Shown here: positions 8,790 to 16,125 of the stretch, piece after piece
Layout of the letters: the number at the start of each line of letters is the position of its first letter
Position numbering within the stretch: position 1 is the first letter of the stretch
DNA from: an uncultured bacterium
Lineage (GTDB): Bacteria; Patescibacteriota; Andersenbacteria; UBA10190; CAIZMI01
Length of the DNA: 64,000 nt
Reading direction: 5' to 3'
Assembly: GCA_903828055.1 (NCBI GenBank)
Contig: CAIKKP010000060.1
Coordinates: 1-64,000 of the forward strand
Translations under genes and position numbers: made by a program
Notes under the pieces: model-generated
Database searches by the model: none
What the model was told of the DNA's origin: nothing
Seen by the model: only the letters and a program-made list of their open reading frames with translations

Positions 8790-9284
8790 TTACGCTTCGT
8801 TTTGAAAGAGCTCGATCGCTTCAGCAATTTCCTCGCTGTGCTGTTCAGCATCCTTGGTGTATCTGGACCATTCGGCTTCATCCCAAATTTCCAAACGATC
8901 TTGCACACCGGCCACCACTACGTTTTTTGTTAGGCCACCAAATGTCCGTAAGTAGTCCGGCAATACCACCCTACCTTGACCATCAATTTTGCTATCCATC
9001 GCACCGGCCAACATCAAACGGGCAAACGCACGGTTGTTCTTTTGATTCATGGGCAAATTGCCGATTCTACCGGCCATTTTTTCCCACATCGCTTGGGTGT
9101 AAACGAACAAACAATGATCCAATCCGCGGGTTACAACAACTCCCTGCGCCAATTCCTTCCGAAACTTTGTTGGAAGAGCCAAGCGTCCTTTTTCATCAAT
9201 GTTGTGGTGATATTCGCCGATAAACATCTTGGCTTCTTGAAAAGTTATCCACTGTTTTCCCCACTTTTCCCCACTTTTTTCCAC
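8790..9284 (-). CDS. mraZ: transcriptional regulator MraZ
   Basis: MFIGEYHHNIDEKGRLALP-type duplicated MraZ domain. It is the first gene of the dcw cluster. Confidence 0.9.
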   Translation of the reverse strand: MEKSGEKWGKQWITFQEAKMFIGEYHHNIDEKGRLALPTKFRKELAQGVVVTRGLDHCLFVYTQAMWEKMAGRIGNLPMNQKNNRAFARLMLAGAMDSKIDGQGRVVLPDYLRTFGGLTKNVVVAGVQDRLEIWDEAEWSRYTKDAEQHSEEIAEAIELFQNEA

Positions 9285-9475
9285 CTACAACCAATATACA
9301 CCAAAAAACACCCCTTTTCAAGGGATAAAGTACACAAAATGATCAAAAACAATAAATTGTGTAGAAAAATGACAAATTAGCACACAAAACCACACCCTCT
9401 GATAAATTTTCAATTATCAATTTTACAATTTTCAAGTAATGTTCAAACTTCAATTTTCAAACAATAATGCAGTTT

Positions 9476-9503
9476 TGATAATTGATAATTATTTGAAAAT
9501 TGA
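9476..9503. promoter_or_regulatory. AT-rich palindromic motif TTGATAATTGATAATTATTTGAAAATTG upstream of mraZ
   Basis: Shares the 21-nt TTGATAATTATTTGRAAATTG with 15986-16006 and the TTGATAATTATCAA palindrome with 10407. Lies in the mraZ upstream region. Confidence 0.4.
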
Positions 9504-9555
9504 AAGCCAATTTTGATAAGACAAGATTTCACTTGCCTTCAAAAAAAACGTATTT

Positions 9556-10254
9556 CTACTTCTTTCTAATTATACACAGTGGTGTCTGTTCTGTTGTCTG
9601 TCCCAGCGGGTTATCCTTAAACAATTCGTTTATCAATCCCATATCAACACCATTTGACACCCCCAGCACATTCACGCCGATATCATTGGCATCAATAATT
9701 GCTACGCCAACTTTTAGTAATTCAGACAACTTTTGCGCCACCTTGTCCGGATCTTTCGGGGCTAATTTTGCATACTCATTGTACGGTGGCAATGTGTATG
9801 GCGTAGGCCCATCAATGGCATTGATATTCTTTCCTGCCACACGATAAAACACACCACGCACACCAAACGGCTTTGTTAGAGCCGAAACCAATGCAGCAAA
9901 GAGGATTCGTGGTGCTCCAGCCTCCCTCAAAGCCAGTTCCATTGTCCACGGACTCCCTAATCCAATCCCCCATTTTGGTTTAAAGACAAACATCACTAAC
10001 AATTTTGCCAACCATGATGGATGAATATCTTTGATTGGATATGAACGACCTTGAGTTATCGCTACAACTTTTTCTGAAATCGCCACCATATCGCCCGCTT
10101 GAATCAAAGGGGCCAAATACTGTTTTGCAATTTCTTCAATATTATCCGTTGATTTAATAACATGAGTTTTAATCGGGAATCGGAGATAATTTTCCCCGGC
10201 CACTAATCGCTCCAACTTCTTCCCCTCATTCGGCTGTAATGTAATTTCGGTCAT
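9556..10254 (-). CDS. CofE-like protein (coenzyme F420-0:gamma-glutamyl ligase family fold)
   Basis: Motifs GDMVAISEKVVAITQGR, AGKNINAIDG, LAPKDPDKVAQKL and VAIIDANDIG resemble the CofE/F420-ligase family. Function here unknown. Confidence 0.5.
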   Translation of the reverse strand: MTEITLQPNEGKKLERLVAGENYLRFPIKTHVIKSTDNIEEIAKQYLAPLIQAGDMVAISEKVVAITQGRSYPIKDIHPSWLAKLLVMFVFKPKWGIGLGSPWTMELALREAGAPRILFAALVSALTKPFGVRGVFYRVAGKNINAIDGPTPYTLPPYNEYAKLAPKDPDKVAQKLSELLKVGVAIIDANDIGVNVLGVSNGVDMGLINELFKDNPLGQTTEQTPLCIIRKK

Positions 10255-10298
10255 AGAAAAAGGATAAGGGTAAAAGCGGAAACTGGCGAATAATACGC

Positions 10299-10334
10299 AT
10301 TAGGGTCCGACCTTTTTAAAGGTCGGACCCTAAT
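10299..10334. promoter_or_regulatory. 36-nt perfect palindrome ATTAGGGTCCGACCTTT/AAAGGTCGGACCCTAAT, 45-80 nt upstream of the CofE-like gene
   Basis: Perfect inverted repeat. The related palindrome at 30758 occupies the same position upstream of the permease gene. Confidence 0.5.
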
Positions 10335-10406
10335 CAAATTAAATCACTAATTTATCAACCATTAAAAAACGAATCCCTGCTTATGACAGGGATAACGTTT
10401 TATTTT

Positions 10407-10420
10407 TTGATAATTATCAA
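10407..10420. promoter_or_regulatory. perfect 14-nt palindrome TTGATAATTATCAA
   Basis: Same motif family as 9411-9420, 9476-9496 and 15970-16020. Located upstream of the CofE-like gene. Confidence 0.35.
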
Positions 10421-10422
10421 TT

Positions 10423-10908
10423 TTATTGTTGTGGAATGTTTGCATCAAACTGTTGAATCATACCTGGCGCTTCAGTTGCAACCTTAGCCAATAACGCAAT
10501 CACGGCAACCGCCACGAGAATTCCAACTACAATCCCCACAATCAGCAAAATAACGCCCCACTTGGCCCACTTTTTTTGCACTGTTTTGAAATGCTCAACA
10601 CTGTCCCATTTCTTCGCTTTCCAAGCCCATTCATTACCTTTGATGCCCAACATAATAACCATTACCAAGGCAATTATTCCACCGATAACAGGAATAAAGG
10701 AAAGCAAAACCAACAAGCCAATCCAGACATGATTACCGATTGCCCAGATCCAGCTAAGTAAAAACGCACCCCAATTCCAGTGATTTAATTCGGCCGGAAA
10801 CGGTCCATTTGGCCCATCAACACCACTTGTACCTACCGAATTAACCCCAACTGGTGCTTGTGCCGTAACAGGTGGTTGTACCGGAACTTGCTCTTGATTG
10901 TTTTCCAT
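10423..10908 (-). CDS. membrane protein of unknown function
   Basis: Low-complexity P/V/Q-rich N-terminus, then 3 predicted TM helices and a W-rich motif (NHWNWGAFLLSWIWAIGNHVW). Confidence 0.5.
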   Translation of the reverse strand: MENNQEQVPVQPPVTAQAPVGVNSVGTSGVDGPNGPFPAELNHWNWGAFLLSWIWAIGNHVWIGLLVLLSFIPVIGGIIALVMVIMLGIKGNEWAWKAKKWDSVEHFKTVQKKWAKWGVILLIVGIVVGILVAVAVIALLAKVATEAPGMIQQFDANIPQQ

Positions 10909-10928
10909 TGTTTTATTGTTAAAATTAA

Positions 10929-11948
10929 TTAAACCGCTTTTTGTGCTTGAATATAGTATAGCGCACGATATACCAAAGTAGTAAAAATCGACATATATGC
11001 CGTAATAAAACCTCTAACAACCAACAGCACAACAAACAAAATAATTCCAAAAATGATACCGTAAATTACCGTACCAACCACTCCTGTCAATCCATAAACA
11101 CCAAAACCGACAAGCGCCAAAATTGCACCAACAATCAAAAGGGCAAGAACAAGCGCAAGTCCAACCACAAAGCCAATTCCCATCATTATCACCCAACTAA
11201 TCAACACATCACGCCAATTGTTTTTTACCAATATGTGTGCTTTTTTAAGCGCCTCAATCGGACCCAAATTTTCCAAAACGATAATTTGAGTGACAAACAA
11301 ATAAAGTACCACCAAATAAAGACAAGACACCAAAAACGCAATAACCAAAACTACGCCAAGCAGTATAATCACAACGGTTGCAACCGTATTATTTAGCAAT
11401 ATTGCTATACCAATCAACGCCCCGCAGATAACCAGAAAAATCAGAACATAAGCCGAGTACAACAACCCCGCGCCAAAAATACGCCAAAAATACTTTTTCC
11501 CCTCATTAAGCGCCTTTTTAAAGCCCATTTTTTCACTTGTTGTTTCCAACTTATCCACAGCCAAAATTAAACCCGCCTGGGCGGAAGTACCAAAATACAA
11601 AATAACTAAGCCAATAATTATTCCAAATACGACACACAAAACAATTATTGAAATTGTCGTTGCTGAAATAGGACTTTTAACCGCATCCCCGCTCCTATCC
11701 ACAACCTCACCAAGCACACGCCCAACATTTGCCATTGAAAGATTAGCATCACCACTTGCCGGACTGACTGTTGGCCAAGTCTGTATAGTCGCGGGTGTTG
11801 GTTGAGCAGATTGAAAATTGGAAGGAAAATTAAACGAGGGCACCCCACCACCCCCCGAAACCAACCCCGCAAGAATACCTAATCCCCACAGAAACTTGTT
11901 GTTTTTAAGAATCTCCCAACTGCGCTTGATAATTTGACCGTAGTTCAT
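10929..11948 (-). CDS. polytopic membrane protein, paralog-like N-terminus MNYGQIIKRSW
   Basis: Start trimmed to the ATG immediately after a TATAAT box. Multiple hydrophobic segments. Shares its promoter and first 13 codons with 11968..13086. Confidence 0.55.
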   Translation of the reverse strand: MNYGQIIKRSWEILKNNKFLWGLGILAGLVSGGGGVPSFNFPSNFQSAQPTPATIQTWPTVSPASGDANLSMANVGRVLGEVVDRSGDAVKSPISATTISIIVLCVVFGIIIGLVILYFGTSAQAGLILAVDKLETTSEKMGFKKALNEGKKYFWRIFGAGLLYSAYVLIFLVICGALIGIAILLNNTVATVVIILLGVVLVIAFLVSCLYLVVLYLFVTQIIVLENLGPIEALKKAHILVKNNWRDVLISWVIMMGIGFVVGLALVLALLIVGAILALVGFGVYGLTGVVGTVIYGIIFGIILFVVLLVVRGFITAYMSIFTTLVYRALYYIQAQKAV

Positions 11949-11967
11949 GAGGATATTATAGCAGATT

Positions 11968-13086
11968 TTACTGATAATACTCAGCAATTACTCTTATATC
12001 CATATCCGACGTTAAAATAGCTTGATTATTAAATTTTAGTGTCCACATAGAGCTATCGGGATCTTTTTCCTGTGTTGATAAAAAACCACCGCTGTTCCAA
12101 GCCGACAATATCTGCATTGGATCAGCCACCGAAGAAATTGTATTTGTCGAAATGTCTTTTTTAAAATATGATTTTTGAGCATTTTTTCCACAATCACTTG
12201 AATTTTCCCATAATTTTTCACTGTAATACAAAACTTCCCGATCATCAGGAGAAAACGCAACAACATCCACATGATTATCGGCGACACCAATACTACCAAC
12301 AATTTCACCAGAAACAGGATCAATAATATCATATGCGTTTACCGCGTCACCACCATACCCATTACATACATCCCCAATAGTATTTTTCGCGACCGCCATG
12401 CGTTTTCCGCTTGTACTGACATCACCGAATCCTGGATCTCCAACTGTTCGTGAAATTGAATTGTTTGCTAAATCATAAAAATACAAGTGTGCTGCGCTAC
12501 CGAGTGGCCTCATCAGAACCACTTTTCCATCATCGCGCCAAACCCTCCCCGCAAATAGATTCGTGCTTCCCTGATTAATAACTTCATCTTTACGGTTTGA
12601 CAATGTAAACCGATGGACAAAATACTTATCAACTTCAAGAAAGTCAGTCAAATCTTGATCCCAAATAAACAATTGCTTCCCATCCGACGAATATGACGCG
12701 CTCACAACGCGTAATTTGGGAATAAATAAATCGCTTAGTTCTTTTGTTTTTAAGTTTAGAACCTGCAATTTGCTTCCCAGATTGATTAACAGATCTTTTT
12801 TATCAGGACTAAGCCCAACTTCTGGATACCCGCTACCTTCAATCTCAGCCAATTTTTCCGGTTTAGCATCACCCATTTTTCGCATAATATTTACCGTTGG
12901 CCTAAGATATTCATTCTCTGCACTTTCAATTTCTTGCGTATAAATAAGCACCGGAACAGCTACTTTAGTCTTATTCCTTTGCTGATTCATCTTACTTAAT
13001 AAAACACCACCACAAATTATTAACAAAACAACAAATAAAATACTCCATTTTTTCCAACTGCGCTTGATAATTTGACTGTAGTTCAT
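11968..13086 (-). CDS. membrane-anchored beta-propeller-like protein, N-terminus MNYSQIIKRSW
   Basis: Start trimmed to the ATG after a TATAAT box. One N-terminal TM segment, then repeated strand-rich segments (TolB/WD-like). Confidence 0.5.
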   Translation of the reverse strand: MNYSQIIKRSWKKWSILFVVLLIICGGVLLSKMNQQRNKTKVAVPVLIYTQEIESAENEYLRPTVNIMRKMGDAKPEKLAEIEGSGYPEVGLSPDKKDLLINLGSKLQVLNLKTKELSDLFIPKLRVVSASYSSDGKQLFIWDQDLTDFLEVDKYFVHRFTLSNRKDEVINQGSTNLFAGRVWRDDGKVVLMRPLGSAAHLYFYDLANNSISRTVGDPGFGDVSTSGKRMAVAKNTIGDVCNGYGGDAVNAYDIIDPVSGEIVGSIGVADNHVDVVAFSPDDREVLYYSEKLWENSSDCGKNAQKSYFKKDISTNTISSVADPMQILSAWNSGGFLSTQEKDPDSSMWTLKFNNQAILTSDMDIRVIAEYYQ

Positions 13087-13102
13087 GGGCATATTATAGC
13101 AC

Positions 13103-13690
13103 TTAAAATTTCTTAGCGATAACGTAAAAAAGATGCCAATGCTTTGGCGTACCGTTGGCGGTTTTATCGTCTTTCTCTTCTTCGTCAAACAAAATTACCT
13201 CCATGCCTGAAAGTAATTTTTCTACCTGTTCTTTGTTGTGAAAAGTCATCATTTTATCATCACTCCACGCATCGTGAACACCGAAGAATTGCCCACAAAA
13301 TATACCACCCTTTACAAGCGAACTTTTTATTTTTGTAAAAACAAGATCAAAACTTTCCGGCGAATTAAACGGCAAAGCATACATGGCCGAAGCAATATCG
13401 TATTCGTTTTTTGGAAACTCAAAATCAGCAAACGAAGAAACAAAGTAATGAAGATTTTCCGATTTTATCTCCTTCGCTTCTTTTGCCATTAGATCCGATT
13501 TATCAACAGCTATTACATCAAAGCCATTCTCTACTAAAAAACGTGTATCTTTCAATGCCCCGGCACCGACATCAATCGCCTTGCCCTTATTGACAACATA
13601 TTTAAGAGCTTTGACGAGAAGTTTTGAAGGGGGATTGTTTTTGGTAATTTGAAAATATTCCGACCAATCGTTCTTTTTAATTGATGCCAT
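13103..13690 (-). CDS. class I SAM-dependent methyltransferase (TehB/TPMT-like)
   Basis: Motif I IDVGAGALKDTRFLVENGFDVIAVD and a small single-domain methyltransferase layout. Confidence 0.65.
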   Translation of the reverse strand: MASIKKNDWSEYFQITKNNPPSKLLVKALKYVVNKGKAIDVGAGALKDTRFLVENGFDVIAVDKSDLMAKEAKEIKSENLHYFVSSFADFEFPKNEYDIASAMYALPFNSPESFDLVFTKIKSSLVKGGIFCGQFFGVHDAWSDDKMMTFHNKEQVEKLLSGMEVILFDEEEKDDKTANGTPKHWHLFYVIAKKF

Positions 13691-13706
13691 GGTTATTATT
13701 TTTTAG

Positions 13707-13778
13707 TGGGCGCAGAAGGTATCGAACCTTCGACCTTTGCAATGTGAATGCAACGCTCTACCACTGAGCTATGCGCCC
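13707..13778 (-). tRNA. tRNA-Val (anticodon CAC)
   Basis: Minus-strand read GGGCGCATAGCTCAGTGGTAGAGCGTTGCATTCACATTGCAAAGGTCGAAGGTTCGATACCTTCTGCGCCCA, a canonical cloverleaf. Confidence 0.9.
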
Positions 13779-13819
13779 GAAAAATTATAAACTCATTAAT
13801 TTTCTAAAATACATTTTTT

Positions 13820-13933
13820 TGGTATCGCCCAGTACCACGTTGGGTACTGGGCGCCCCGCACCTTTATGGTGCGTGGGCGAACCTTCGACCTTTGCAATGT
13901 GAATGCAACGCTCTACCACTGAGCTATGCGCCC
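13820..13933 (-). pseudogene. 5' fragment of tRNA-Val (positions 1-~62) interrupted by the same 53-nt double-hairpin insert in the T-loop
   Basis: Identical to tRNA-Val up to GGTTCG. The insert (13825-13877, 50/53 identical to the Glu-locus insert) follows, then ATACC and an AT-rich 45-nt spacer before the intact tRNA. Confidence 0.75.
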
Positions 13934-15117
13934 TAATTCTTCCCCAGTTCCGCGTCAATATAGCGTTCGATTGCCGGCACGTCAAACCTTTCCGTGGGAT
14001 GATTACAGAACCTTTCTAATGCTTCCCAACCAACCCTTACTTCATTCAACGGACTCCCGCCAAAGATCGCTCGCAAAATCGGAACCGCCCAGTTTACTTC
14101 ATAGGTAATCGTGCGCCATGATGAAATTTTGCTATTGGCAATCACTTTCCCAAGCAAAGACCAATACCGTGTTCTGTTAGGAATTTTTACCGGCGCATTG
14201 TGATTATCATCTCCCAAGCTCCACTCCGAAAATAGCTCTCCGGTCTTATTTCTTGCTGTTCGCGGGTGATTAACATGAATATGCACAAACCAAGGTAGCA
14301 GTTCCGCCAAATCCTTTTCCAGAGCATCATAATTGCCACTATAAGTCAGCAAGGCATGCGCTGGATCAAGCGTACAACCAAGCACACCACGCTCAATCCA
14401 CTCCACGCCAATCTGCGATAGAACGTCTTTTAAACTTCCAAAAAATGTACCAATTTCTTCTTCACCCGGATGTGAATAGGTATTTTCAAGTGAAATACAC
14501 ACTCCAGCAGTAAGCGCGTCCCCCATTACCGACTTAATAGAAGAAACAGTCGCCTGAATTGACTCTTCCCTTCCAATACCCTTCTCTCTTCGCCCACAAT
14601 GCAAAACGTAAATGATCGGATGCTCAATCTTAAAAACCTTTCTTAACTCCCCCAACAAATTAATTTCCCGTTGCATATTTCGAATATTTTGCTTAAGAAT
14701 TCGAGGATCACCGGGGTTCATGAAAAAACGTGACAGCAAAAAACCCTGACCGGCGTAACCACCATGAAAAGACCTTAAATCAGTCATTCCGTACCCCTCC
14801 AGAGTTTTTTTAAATTCATTTACAACCTCTTGTCGAATCTCCGATTTTATATTGAACCAATTAAAAAACGGCAGAAATATTTCAACATTTTTCTCCATTA
14901 AGCGTGAAAGCCCAACAGCCTTTTTGTGATCAACAAAAAAACCTACCACCCTCAAAAAACGAGCCAAAAAAGACGTGATACAAATTTTATAAGGCTCTTG
15001 CGCGAGGTTGCCGGGAGAGAGAAACTGCGTCTCGTTCAAAAGATTAGGGCTTGGTAATAAATAAACACTCCATATTTTGTTCAATACGCTCTGAATACGA
15101 GTGTTTTGATTGAACAA
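13933..15117 (-). CDS. sugar-phosphate isomerase/epimerase-like TIM-barrel protein (xylose isomerase-like fold)
   Basis: ISLEN and HIHVNH metal-site-like motifs. The annotated N-terminus overlaps the MITE-like element, so the true start is probably downstream (e.g. the MEKNVEIF Met near 14901). Confidence 0.4.
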   Translation of the reverse strand: MFNQNTRIQSVLNKIWSVYLLPSPNLLNETQFLSPGNLAQEPYKICITSFLARFLRVVGFFVDHKKAVGLSRLMEKNVEIFLPFFNWFNIKSEIRQEVVNEFKKTLEGYGMTDLRSFHGGYAGQGFLLSRFFMNPGDPRILKQNIRNMQREINLLGELRKVFKIEHPIIYVLHCGRREKGIGREESIQATVSSIKSVMGDALTAGVCISLENTYSHPGEEEIGTFFGSLKDVLSQIGVEWIERGVLGCTLDPAHALLTYSGNYDALEKDLAELLPWFVHIHVNHPRTARNKTGELFSEWSLGDDNHNAPVKIPNRTRYWSLLGKVIANSKISSWRTITYEVNWAVPILRAIFGGSPLNEVRVGWEALERFCNHPTERFDVPAIERYIDAELGKN

Positions 15118-15223
15118 AATATTGAGACGTACTGTACGTACGTTGAAAGATTTTTGATTGAGAAATGCTTGTAGTCAGAGATGGAGTGGACATAAGATGG
15201 AGCGTTTATTTATTACCAAACCC
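15046..15223. mobile_element. MITE-like non-coding element copy 1 (about 178 bp, about 25-bp terminal inverted repeats)
   Basis: TIRs GGGCTTGGTAATAAATAAACACTCC and GGAGCGTTTATTTATTACCAAACCC. The interior is about 85% identical to 37091..37269 and has a central hairpin ACGTAC/GTACGT. Confidence 0.6.
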
Positions 15224-15228
15224 TATGG

Positions 15229-15831
15229 TTATTTAGTGATCTTTACTCGCAAATTTGGCGCGAGCGCGTTCAGTAGTTCAACATTCTTACTTGCATACAC
15301 TTCCTTCAAAAAATTATCATTCATATTTTTCCGATATTCATACTCAGTTTCGGTCATTAAGGTGTAATTAATTTCCGAGCCTAGTTCTTCCTCAACCCCC
15401 AAAACAAAATTTTTCAATACTTCTTCCTTAACGTCACCGACAATCAATAAGTCAGTCGGCGCTGTCTTACTTTTCGAAAAAAGACCGGTAAGTAAGACTA
15501 ATTTGATGTTACCAACTTTTTTAATACCCTCGAACAACCGATCTTGAAGCGGTTTACCTGTTTTATGCATCAATCTTGCCAAATCCTCCAATAAGGCAAA
15601 TTTGGGGTTTACAGCATAATATTTCTTGCTTTTTCGCACGTGCGTCGTGAGTAAGCCAATACGCCGTAAATTTTCCACCTCGCGCCGAATCGAGTTAACG
15701 CGTTCTTTTGTAAGTCTGGTTAGTTCACGGACATAATATGGACGACGAATCCCATTAGTAAAGAGAAAAAGCAACTTTACGCGTGTTCTGGACCCAAAAA
15801 GACGTTCAAGTGGTATAGGCATAGATATCAA
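15229..15831 (-). CDS. winged-helix transcriptional regulator-like protein
   Basis: N-terminal wHTH-like segment (YYVRELTRLTKERVNSIRREVENLRRIGLL). The C-terminal domain is unassigned. Confidence 0.4.
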   Translation of the reverse strand: MISMPIPLERLFGSRTRVKLLFLFTNGIRRPYYVRELTRLTKERVNSIRREVENLRRIGLLTTHVRKSKKYYAVNPKFALLEDLARLMHKTGKPLQDRLFEGIKKVGNIKLVLLTGLFSKSKTAPTDLLIVGDVKEEVLKNFVLGVEEELGSEINYTLMTETEYEYRKNMNDNFLKEVYASKNVELLNALAPNLRVKITK

Positions 15832-15969
15832 GATATTATGATGCTTTTCACAAGAAGTAAAGTGACAATTTTTACCTGATCATGATTCCAAAATTTGGTA
15901 TATTTTCAATTTTCAATGACCAATTATCAAATAATTACCAATTCTTTATTTTTCAAGTGCGACAAAGTT

Positions 15970-16030
15970 ATTGATAATTTAATCATTGATAATTATTTGG
16001 AAATTGCAAAATTGATAATTGAAAATTTTT
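15970..16030. promoter_or_regulatory. cluster of TTGATAATT(A/T) palindromic motifs in a divergent promoter region
   Basis: TTGATAATTTAATCATTGATAATTATTTGGAAATTGCAAAATTGATAATTG. Shares 21 nt with the mraZ-upstream motif. Confidence 0.4.
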
Positions 16031-16125
16031 TTGGTCAATAAACAAACATTTGGTTGTGATCCAAAAATAAAGACTGATATTTCCAGATATGGCATATCCT
16101 CACTAAGAATTGTATACTTTACCGT

